From the NCBI RefSeq assembly GCF_964355755.1, contig NC_092677.1, positions 3,246,101-3,310,100 on the forward strand: a DNA stretch of 64,000 bases. Reading direction: 5' to 3'. The notes beneath the pieces were generated by a model that saw only the letters and a program-made list of their open reading frames with translations, did no database searches and was not told the DNA's origin. This DNA is from Antedon mediterranea. Taxonomy: Eukaryota > Animalia > Echinodermata. Position 1 is the stretch's first letter; every line of letters starts with the position of its first letter. Positions 13,201-23,733 of this stretch are shown here, piece by piece. The position numbers were made by a program, and so were the translations under genes.

Positions 13201-16200
13201 AACGAAGAAAGGCATAAGTTACCAGTGATTAATAAGAAGCCGAGCATAACAATAGTCAAGACTGAACAAAAACAAAAAACCAGCCAATCAGAATGCGACC
13301 CAATGGTTTCATCTTTACCTAATCAGACGAACAAGTCTCAGTTAAGCGCATTTCACGATGTTTCTGTTACAGAACCTTGTTACGTCGATTGGAACTTGAG
13401 ATCTGTTGTCAATGAAAATGAGATTGTTAGCGTGTTTGACACCATTGTTTCGGACAGACTTGCTGGAGGTCCGTTTGAAAATTTCTTACGTTGCAATGGA
13501 CAGCAACAAAACATCAAATACTTGAAATTCTGGCAGAAATCAGAAGATTACCTAAACACGGCCATCTATCATTTTGACACCAGCGGTCACAGAGTAAGGT
13601 ACATTGCTGCAATGCATATCAAAACGGTGTATCTTACCAGCTCCAGTAGCCAGTGTATTCAACTTGGAAATCACTTGATGCAAAAATTGGCGGAATACTT
13701 GACACTGGATAGTTATGTCACAGACGAATGTGTTCGGTATGTACAAGGCCTGGTTTGTGAAAAGCTGAGAGAGGTGTTGCAACTGTTCAAGAAGTACGAT
13801 GGAGAGGAATTCCTCAATCGAACGGTACGATTAGTGAATAAAACTAATAGGCCTACAGTATTCAATTTACAAATTCTAGTCAATCAGATCAATCTAAAAC
13901 CTCTTGTTTCTATTTACAGACAAGGAAGAAAGCTGCCAGAGCTTGGATGAAGAGAAGAAGTGATCAACAACCAGCTTCAGTCAGCTTGACTAACAATCAG
14001 CAGCCATCTAAAAAAGACGACATTACCGACGAGAAGTCTGGTGATGCCACGACCTCCAAGACAGATGATTATGGTGATATAGGTCTTTCGAAAGCTCTGG
14101 TTCCGCGAAGAATTATCAAGTCCTTTGAGCACGCTAAAAGTCTATCGTCTTACACAAGTAACGTATCCGGATATTCACCCCCTGGACATTTACCCCCAGG
14201 AAAACTACCCCCCCGGACAACCACCACCTGGACCACTACCCCCTTAGGACAACTACCCCTTTAGGACAACTACCCCCGGACAACTACCCCCCGGACAAAT
14301 ACCCCCTTAGGACAACAACCCCCTTAGGACAACAACCCCCTGGACAACTACCCCCTGGACAACTACCCCCCGGACAATTACCCCTAGGAACAATTACCCC
14401 CCCCCCCCGGACAATTACCCCCACCCCGGGTAATTACCCCGCGGACAACTACCTCTGACACAATACTCGTAGGACAACTACTTCCTGGACAACTACCACC
14501 CAGAAAACTATCCCTTTAGAACAACTACTTTCCGGACGGACAACTACCACCCAGACCATTCAACAACCTGACTCTGCAACAGTGTATAATAGGAATTAAT
14601 AACTATATTTTAATTCGTTACTTTGACGAATTACTATTCATTATTGTAAACAAAAGTAAATGATTGAACATAAATATAGCCTGGTATAAACTGAAGATTG
14701 TCACACATGATCATAGGATAGTCGAACGTATTATAGTATTCCCTGTATTTACTGTAAAGACTGGGTTCGCTAATAATAATAATAATTTTTGCGTCAGGAC
14801 AATGCTTCGATAACCACTGGGTCTTAAAAGAATTAATTTTTGTCTCCAATTTTTCATATATGTATTTTTGTACACTTGAAGAATAATATCACTTTTGATA
14901 TTTGACCTCAATGTTCACTCACCGAATAAACGGCGATCTTTAAATAAATTCCCCTCAAATAAACGGTGACTATGTCACTCCCATGAAACATCATATGGAA
15001 TAATCGGCATCTTTTTCCATTAGATTATACCCCCTCCCATTGAATAAACAACTTTCTTCCAATAAATGTCCACCTAAAAACCACCTAAACAATAAACAGC
15101 CTAGGCCGTTTTTTCAATAAAAATACGGTACTTTAAATCTAGCACATCTAGGGTCTAGCGTGCTGTTAAACAGAATAATCGGTTAAAAACGGGTGTTTCG
15201 AAACTAGAGACCCGAGACCAGAGAAACCGAGACCCAATACGAAAAGGGAGACCTAAATATACGAAAAGGGAGACCCACGTACGAAAAGGGAGACCCCACT
15301 ATACGAAAAGGGAGACCTAAATATACGAAAAGGGAGACCCAAATATACGAAAAGGGAGACCCAAATATACAAAATGGGAGACCCAAATATACGAAAAGGG
15401 AGACCCACTATAAGAAAAGGGAGACCCCACTATACGAAAAGAGATACCACACTATACGAAAAGGGAGACTCTAATATACGAAAAGGGAGACCCAAATATA
15501 GGTCTCCCTTTTCGTATTGGGTCTCGTGTCAGGTCTCTGGTCTCGGGTCTCGGGTCTCTATAGTTTCGAAACACCCGTGGGGGAGGGTAGTTGGTCGGGG
15601 GGAGGGGGGGGGGGGGGGTAGGGTAGTTGGTCGGGGGAGGGGGAGGGTAGTTGGTCGGGGGGGGGGGTAGTTGACCGGGGAATAGTTGACCGGGGGTAGT
15701 TACCCGGGGGTAGTTATCCTAAGGAGGTAGTTGTCCTAAGGGGGTGGTTGTCCGGGGGGGCGTAGTTGTCCTAAGGGGGTAGTTGTCCTAAGGGGGTAGT
15801 TGTCCGGGGGGTAGTTGGTCCGGGGGGTAGTTGTCCTAACGGGTAAACATCCGGGGGGTAACTGTCTAGGGGGTAGGTGTCCTAGAACCCACAAGTAAGT
15901 ATAAACTTGTTCGGGTTCACAACTAATTCCATGTTTACATATTATAACATTTTTTAATACTTTTGGTGTTTCTTAAAGTCTAAAATCTACTTTTGTACTA
16001 CAAATACTACACTATTAAATAGTGAACACCGATGGTTATACCCGTTACATATTGACAAAAAGTATGATTTTTTTAGAAAACGAAGACAGCATGGCCGACT
16101 TGTCAGATCCAGATAGTGACAGCGATGATGAAGGAAGTTTGAAACCGACAAAGATTAAAGTTATTCGTAAATGTTAGTACACTCTTCAATAATCTCTCCA

Positions 16201-19200
16201 ATTAAAACCATTATGAAAAAAGACATTTAGTTTTGGATTGCTAACAATAAGAAATTACTTTTATATTAGCCAAAGAGGAAGTGAAATATATTGAGGAACC
16301 GGAAAAGATCGAACCGAAAGCTGAAGAAATAAAAGTACCGGTAATGGAAATTCGACAAATATCAAAGCCGATAGGAGCAACGACAGAATCGAGAGATTCC
16401 TTGATAGGAAGCCTCTCAACTCTAAAAACTATTAGGAACAAAAACGGAAGGATTCCCTATCGTCCGTTACAACCCAAGTAAGAATTAATTCTCTTCAGTC
16501 CTCTCCAACTACAGTATACTTCTTATTTTTGTTCTTGTATCCTAAGTACCTTGAACGTGTGATATGATAACAATTTCCGATTTTTCAGTGAGACACTCAC
16601 AGACAGCTCATCTATCCTCTTTCTTCTTTTCAACTCCAGTATGTCTCCATGTTATCTCATCTCTTAACGTTTAATATGTACTGTGCCAATTTCAGATCAT
16701 TCCGTGAGATACTCAGAGACAGCTCTCAACTTGAGTTCTTCAGACGGTTCTTAGCACATGAGAAGAGTGACTTGCCACTTCTCTTTTGGCAAGCAGTGGA
16801 GAACATGAAGAGTATTTTCAAAGACGCCAAATCACGACAAATGAAGACCAACCAGATTGTCAAAAAGTTTTTCAACAAATCCACTGGAAACGGTAAAGGA
16901 ATCTTCTATTAAATTCGTACGTATACGGTGTATAATTTTGAATAATAAATTCCCGATCAAAATATACGTTTAAAACGTGTTTTCTACTGTTAGGTTCGGC
17001 TTTGCAGTGTAGCGCTGAAATAATTGAAGATATTCCATATTTGGAAAAAGTGACACCTCAGATGATCATGTTAGCTCAGGCTTGTGTTGCTATAAGTATA
17101 GAAGACAACTGGTAAGACAATAACATGATTTTAACTTTATTTTCTAAAGCAATCAATAATTTAAATTTTTCTTATGATTTATATCTGTTTCAATGTGTTT
17201 CAAAGGTTTGAATTGTACAGAGACTCATTTCCAGAAGAGCCGGAAATGGTATTGACCGAGTCATCGCTCTCAACTCGAATTGACAGGACAGGACGACATA
17301 AGAAAAGGGTAACGCTGTCTAACAATATTAAACTTTATGTGTGAAGTGCCCATATATGGACATGATGATGTTGTATCACTACCATATTTGGCCATATCAC
17401 CACCATATTTGGGCACATCACACTTTCTTTTGTCAAACTAGTTTGATAGTGTAGACAGAGTTTAAGAACAATAACTTTCATTCATTTATTCGATTCCGTC
17501 TGACAGGCGTGACTTCAAAACTGGGTCGCCAAATAGGTCGGTCTTCAGTTAGTCGATATATTTCAATTAAAGTTTTTAATCTGTCAAAGCATCTTGACTT
17601 TGGAGGTCCTGGAGCGGATTGTAATTATAAAGGCTTAAGTCCAAGACCTTAGTAGCTTAAAACCTTTATTGCAATCCGTCCGTCCCTGGTCTTCATCCGT
17701 GTGAGTGTCTGTACGTTCTTCCGTTATTTGCCGAATATTATATAATTTATGCTTTTTTTTTAAACTTCAGAAATTATTATGGAGAATATTCATCAGTAGT
17801 GTTGTCAGCTTTAGACGAGGGTTACTGAACCCAGTATCGCTACTCCTGTTTGAGAACTTCATGCGAAAAGAAGTTCATAAAGATCTCGAAAGTAAGCCCC
17901 TTTAATCAGCTGGGATTACAGCAGCTAATTTCTTCATATCAGCAATCCAAAATCCGTTCATTTAAAAAACACCAGAAACTTATTGATTTTATGAAAATAT
18001 ATGCCTCTGATGGCGCGGTCAATAAGTTAACTTCACCGTTATATACAAGATATCTGGCTTGACACATTCCGGACTCCCGTACTCGCAGCGAACCACGAAT
18101 ACAAAATCTTCCCAGTTTATGCATTACGTCATTCATTAATTACTCATGCATAACAGATTGTTACTAGCGCTATCGCACTACTATAAACATTCCGTTTTTT
18201 CCTGTCAGGACAAAAACAATCCGGTATTTTACTTAAACGAGTGATCTGCAACAAAGTAGTGATTGTTGATAGAATTCAGAATGACCTCAGATTTTTAGCA
18301 GAGGTTGAAAGGTAGGCTACAATCCGCGTCAATACGACAATATGTAGGCCTAATAACCGCCAACTAGACATATCAAGCAATACGTTTCCATAATGCTTTG
18401 GTTCCCATTGGTGGCGCAGGACGTACGAGCAACGTAAGCGATTTAACCAATCAAAGGCGATGGATTATTCAACTGTCGGTTGTCATTGGTCAACTTGCTT
18501 TCGTTACGTCTCTTAAGTGGGACAATGCAATTACTTTTATCACTATAATGGTCAAACTACTTTCGATACGTTTACGTCCCTGCGTTGCGTTATAGTAAAG
18601 CGTGGTTCCCACTAGCGACGCAACGCAAGGACGTAACGCAACGTAAGTTAATTGACCAATCACAGGCGATGGCTTATTCGTTTGTGATTGCTAACTGTCT
18701 ATAACTTCGCTTGTCATTGGTTAAAACGCTTGCGTTGCGTTTACGTCCTTGCGTTACGTTCTAGTGGGAACCAAGCTTAAGAACCAAGCTTAAGCACGCT
18801 TTGCGGTGTCAATTGTTTGTTCATAATATGCATGTTATAAACAGACTCTGCGCTAAGAAAGTTTAGTCCAAGTTTAACAATTAATTTGACAGGTACAAAC
18901 AGTTGGCCGATAACGCCGCCAGAGCAGCTTCACAAGGAACCTACACGATTGACGACGAAGAGTTTGTCCAACTGAAGGCACGAGCCATTATCAGCTGTTA
19001 CATTGATTCACATGTACCACCTAAGCTACAGGTTAGTATATGAACTGACTATCAACAACTCCTTAACTCTGTCTACACTATCAAACTGATGTGCCCAAAT
19101 ATGGTAGTGATATGACGTCATCATGTCCATATGAGCACATCACATTTGTTGTCACATAAAAGTTTGATAATGTAGACAGAGCTTTAGATTAGACAAATGA

Positions 19201-20836
19201 GATGCTACCACCAGCAATTGCGGCGTTCAAAGAATCCCGCCTCTGGTGGTGCGTGACGATACGTTCGGTGCCCTGCGCCCCAAGAATAGAACAGGGAAAA
19301 GAGCCGAATCATGTGCGTGTGTATGTAAATTGCACGGTGGCTTAGTAGATTAGACAAAATTCGATGCTACCACCAGGAATTACGGCGTTCCATAGTCGGA
19401 ATCCCGCCACTGGTGGTGCGTGACGATACGTTTGGTGTCCTGCGCGCGAAGTGCCGGATGCGAATGGCACGGTGGCTTAGAGGAATCCTTCCTCAGCGAC
19501 TGTTTGCTAATTTGTCTATTACTCTACCTGCCATTTCAGATTAACATATCGCAAGAAATAGCAGATCAGATTCTGGATACAGCAAATAGTGGACTTATAG
19601 AAAGAGGATTGTTCCACGACGCCACAGTATCAATATTCGCTGTTGTACTCTACTGCTGGAAGAAGTAAGAAATCTATTTTTATATCTCTTTTTTATTTAC
19701 CATCATTTCTCTGATCCAATCTACTCATTTCGTAAGCAACGAAATGACCAATCACAAGTGAGGGATTATTCAACGGTTGCTTGTCATTGGTGGTCAACTC
19801 GCTTGCGTTAAGTCTCTAATTGGAACGAAGCTTTCTCCTTAGCACACGAAATAACGCAATAAATTTGACCATTTTTACTGGTCTAACTACTTGCGATGCG
19901 TTGTATAAGGTTTATCGCAAATAGCTGGATTTCGCGAGGAACGTCATTGCTCAATGCATGATGGGAAGGGTTTGGGAGCAAACGTCACGTTTGCTCCCAA
20001 TTCCTTCCCATCATGCGTCGCGTTCGCTATTTGCTTAGAGTAGTCAATAAATGTTTTCAAGTTGTTTTTTATTACGTAATACATCGTATGATTGAGAGCG
20101 ATTTTAATTAAAATGTGTTCAGTTTTGTTTACGGACTGCACAAAGTACCGTACCGCATCGATCTAAAAATGCAAAATTTATTTTTTAAGATTTTGCCGAG
20201 AACGGTTTGCCCCAGTACGTCGAATGGAATCAACGGCATCTGCAACAATCCAGCGCACGCACAGCATCATGAATCCACCATTACAGTTTACGGATGGTCA
20301 ATACAAATTTAAACAAGCTATTGGAAGATCTGGTGAGTAGACCTATGACGTCATAAAAAAAAATTATAATAGTCAAGCAGCCACCGAAAGCAAAACATAC
20401 GGCTTTGCCTTGGCGTTTATCTACTTCTGTAACCAAATTACCGCTAATGGTTTTATTATTCTTTTTAAAAAAAGGTTTTGCAGTTTTATAATTCTTAACT
20501 AGATATCATTTCATAAACACAAATTGATATTATAATTAATAAGATTTTGTATGACTTTTGTACTTGATAGTGGATGAAGCACCAAAGATAACGTTCAACT
20601 TACAACACGGTCTCCAACTAATTCTACCGCCTAAACCAAAGTCGACAGTAAAACAGAGTCGTTTCCGCAGCATGATGCGGCAATTATACCAATCGGGTGA
20701 ATTTGACAGCGGCGGTACGAACGACAGCAAACTACTTCTGAACGCCATGCAGTCACAGGGACTGACAAGGTTCAGCCAGCCTATCAATACCATTAGACAA
20801 CAGTTGAAATTTGCACAACAGCCTGTTAGTACTTGA
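10282..20836 (+). CDS. RGSL1/RGS22-like protein, paralog B (tandem duplicate, 20 exons)
   Basis: Same exon order and phases as paralog A, with the identical start MDFDINDLEPK. Example exons: 11351-11607, 11757-11936, 12093-12497, 12590-13824, 13919-14157, 16077-16166, 16270-16477, 16696-16892, 16994-17111, 17206-17308, 17771-17891, 18209-18311, 18893-19031, 19540-19664, 20190-20332, 20572-20836. I saw no stop or frameshift, provided intron 7 uses a GC donor. Confidence 0.8.
11120..11241. mobile_element. High-copy MITE family 1 copy
   Basis: TIR AAGCTCTGTCYACACTATCAAACT...TTTGA(T)AGTGTAGACAGA; internally deleted. Confidence 0.8.
14162..15889. mobile_element. Non-autonomous foldback/MuDR-like DNA transposon
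   Basis: 9-bp TSD CACAAGTAA (14153-14161 and 15890-15898). Long inverted arms are made of about 16-bp GGACAACTACCCCCC units (C-rich left, G-rich right). No transposase ORF. Confidence 0.85.
15190..15577. mobile_element. Nested TIR element with internal 21-22-bp tandem repeat
   Basis: TIR CGGGTGTTTCGAAACTA...TAGTTTCGAAACACCCG extends into GAGACC-rich subterminal repeats; internal (ATACGAAAAGGGAGACCCAAAT)n. Confidence 0.8.
17311..17462. mobile_element. MITE family 1 copy inserted into the intron 14 donor of paralog B
   Basis: Family 1 body and right TIR GTTTGATAGTGTAGACAGAGTT; TA duplicated at 17310-17311 and 17463-17464. Confidence 0.8.
18393..18792. mobile_element. MITE family 3: copy at 18598-18777 nested in an older copy of the same family
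   Basis: TIR AAGC(G/T)TGGTTCCCACTAG...CTAGTGGGAACCAAGCTT; the outer copy starts GCTTTGGTTCCCATTGG and resumes as AGAACCAAGCTT after the inner copy. Confidence 0.75.
19065..19184. mobile_element. MITE family 1 copy (reverse orientation)
   Basis: AACTCTGTCTACACTATCAAACT...AGTTTGATAATGTAGACAGAGCTT. Confidence 0.8.
19185..19480. repeat. Head-to-tail dimer of a 135-160-bp GC-rich unit
   Basis: TAGATTAGACAAA..GATGCTACCACCAG..GTGGTGCGTGACGATACG..GCACGGTGGCTTAG occurs twice. Confidence 0.75.
19907..20025. repeat. Dispersed palindromic repeat
   Basis: Hairpin GCATGATGGGAAGGG..TTGGGAGCAAACG-TCA-CGTTTGCTCCCAA..CCTTCCCATCATGC; a half copy lies in reverse at about 31999-32076. Confidence 0.7.
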
Positions 20837-21029
20837 TGCAAAATCCAACATAGAATATATATATTTTTTTACTTTCATGAGGTCATGAAACCGCTCTTTA
20901 AATTCAAACGAAAACGTGTTGTTGTACATATATGTTGTATCAATTAAAGTGAAGTATTGTGACTTAAGCTTATGAATTTTTTACCCCGAATAATATGACA
21001 TATAATACAAAAAAATATTTACAATAGTA

Positions 21030-21325
21030 CTTTGATGTCACATTGCGATAGTATGACGTCAGCAAATTGCGATAGTTCGACGTTACATTGCGATAGTTTG
21101 ACGTCATATTTCGATAGATCGACGTTACTTTTCGATAGTTAAGTTACGCGGACATAAGATGGTTGACGTTAAAATACGTTAGATTGACGTTAAATTGCGA
21201 TAGCTTGACGTTAAATTGCGATAGTTTGACGTCACAATGCGATAGTTTGACGTCAGCACAATGCGATAGTTTGACGTCATATTTTGATAGTTCGACGTCA
21301 CATTGCTATAGTGTGTGACGTCACT
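21030..21325. repeat. Degenerate about 21-bp tandem repeat (TGACGTCACATTGCGATAGTT)
   Basis: About 13 degenerate units downstream of paralog B. Confidence 0.85.
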
Positions 21326-21839
21326 ATTCATAATAATATTGTAGATCAAAGTCCAATATTGAAAAAACTGCAGAAAAGTAATATCTAAGAAAAAAAAGGT
21401 GTAACTGTAGTTAACAGTCCGATAAAACATAATTATTAAAAAGAGAGTGCATTTACTACAGAATATTTATTTAAAACATTGGTTTCTATGGTAACGATAC
21501 GAAATATAAACACAATATACAAGGATGCAGTTTTAACTATCTAAAAATCTAATATCACAAAATGTTACATTTAATTAGGTTTTAATAGAAAACATTGAAA
21601 GTTTACTATGTATTATGCAATGACATTGTAGATGAGATCACTGAGAAGGCAAGTTGTCAAATGTGGTTACTCATGTTAGGCTAACATAAACTTGTCTGAT
21701 GATACACACTGCATGATAAAAGTGTTCTAGAGTGAACACGCCTTATTTTGGCTTTACTCTGAAGTGTACCATCGTTGATTCCTTGTTAGTAAAACCTTTA
21801 TCTGTATAGTACCTGTAATACTTAACTAGTGTGAAACAA

Positions 21840-22149
21840 CCTTTAATAACTCTAGTGTGAACTAACCCCTATTTGAATGTGTACCTTTAATAACTCTAGT
21901 GTGAACTAACCCCTATTTGAATGTGTACCTTTAATAACTCTAGTGTGAACTAACCCCTATTTGAATGTGTACCTTTAATAACTCTAGTGTGAACTAACCC
22001 CTATTTGAATGTGTACCTTTAATAACTCTAGTGTGAACTAACCCCTATTTGAATGTGTACCTTTAATAACTCTAGTGTGAACTAACCCCTATTTGAATGT
22101 GTACCTTTAATAACTCTAGTGTGAACTAACCCCTATTTGAATGTGTACC
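21840..22149. repeat. 44-bp minisatellite x7
   Basis: CCTTTAATAACTCTAGTGTGAACTAACCCCTATTTGAATGTGTA; the units appear identical. Confidence 0.95.
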
Positions 22150-22361
22150 AAACTCATATTTTAATATGTACAGTATGTATATGCTTTACTAATGTGAACC
22201 AATCTTTAATAATTCTAATGACGTGTGTGAACCAACCTCTATTTATCCCTTCAGTACACCAACATCTACAATCTAACTAAAAGGCATCACATTTACAAAA
22301 CCTATACACTTAATATAGACTATAATATAATCTATAACAGCATTTCACTCATAAAAAACTA

Positions 22362-22589
22362 TTTTTTAAAATTTCATACGCATCCAACAGCGAGTAACTC
22401 GCCAATTACAGGTTGGATGGATAAACTATTTTATAATATATCGTGCTTATAAACTAAGTCTCATTTGGAGGCTTAGGGAGTGGAGTTTAAATAGCCCGCG
22501 AGTTGCAACCATGGCATTGGTCAGGATTGAACCCAGGACCTTGGGATTTGAAGGCAAGCACATTAACCACCAAGCTACAGCTCCACTCC
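22362..22589 (-). mobile_element. tRNA-derived SINE
   Basis: Reverse complement: GGAGTGGAGCTGTAGCTTGGTGG (A box), GGTTCAATCC (B box), tail AGTTTATCCATCC..TGTAATTGGCGAGTTACTCGCTGTTGGATG plus an A-rich end. Confidence 0.85.
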
Positions 22590-23576
22590 AATATTTTTTT
22601 CCTTACAATCAACTGTAGAAAAATAATTAGTAAAACTATGAAATAAATGCTATGATTAAGGTGATATAAGTTGTTGCAGCATGCGATTATTATATCATCC
22701 TGAATTTCGCAGAATCTACAAAATAAAAGAAATATATATTTACATCGGCGGATCACCTCCTAAGTATAGGAATTGGTTGTACACCAGATTAGACATGCAT
22801 TCGTACAGTATAAGTTGCGAAATATATTTAAATAGACGGATCCAAAGGGGGAGGGGGGAGGGATGTGGGATTACCTACTTACCTACTCTAACCCCGTAAA
22901 TAACAAAATAAATAAATGAAAAAGTTCTGCACTTTTTACAATGTTTAGGTTGTTTTAAAAGCCTGGATCCACCACAGATTGCTATTGCTATAAAATGACG
23001 GGTAAAGTTTTATACGCGCATAACTATTACGCAAGCTTTCGTTATGTCGCGATCAAACGCGACAACTACCAAATAACAGCAATACAAAAACTAAACATAT
23101 AAAATATAACATTTTCTCTCTATGGCAGCTGATGCATAGCTAATGAAGCACCGTGGTTGCTCGATCAAGCGTGACGAACAGTCGCATCTCTACAGACGCT
23201 ATTTTGTCTGTAAAGATAAAGTTTTTTCATTAAGAAACAAAATACAACAACACAATTACATCTAGCTTAACACATATTATACTATTTTTTTTTTTTTGAA
23301 CTACAAATTAGTTTACAAAATTACAAAACATTAATTTCAGTTAATATAATTTAAGTAAGTTTACCTATTTTCAACAAGCACACCGTACAGAAGTCACGTA
23401 CAAAAATACAACACTTATTAAGGTAGTTTAATATTTGGCTAAACTGTTTAAAAAAATACCTAATACTAAACTTAAAATATATCAGCATTTTAAACTATGT
23501 AATCATCATTTTATCCTAAGTAAATTTACACATATATTTTTTTATTAAAGGAAGTCCTATTTGTCAAGATCCGTAA

Positions 23577-23692
23577 ACCTTCCCATGAATCAAAGACCTT
23601 CCCATGAATCAATAAACCTTCCCATGAATCAATACACCTTCCCATGAGTCAATACACCTTCCCATGAGTCAATAAATCTTCCCATGAGTCAA
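23577..23692. repeat. 20-bp tandem repeat x about 6 in the KCC 3' UTR
   Basis: CCTTCCCATGA(A/G)TCAATA(A/C)A units begin about 40 bp after the stop codon. Confidence 0.9.
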
Positions 23693-23733
23693 AGAATGTT
23701 GGCTGAGTTGCTCTTTGTTACCTGGCCAACATC

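Noticed and set aside
15204-15670. ORFs within the foldback element as a transposase
   Set aside because: Repeat-derived low-complexity translations with no DDE motifs.
10282-20836. Paralog B as a pseudogene
   Set aside because: All exons and phases can be joined without a stop or frameshift, and the indels I checked preserve frame; expression remains untested.
21482-21495. Isolated X-box-like 14-mers (GTTTCTATGGTAAC; also GTTGCCTTGGAAAC at 40508-40521)
   Set aside because: Not near an inferred TSS and no conservation evidence; plausible by chance.
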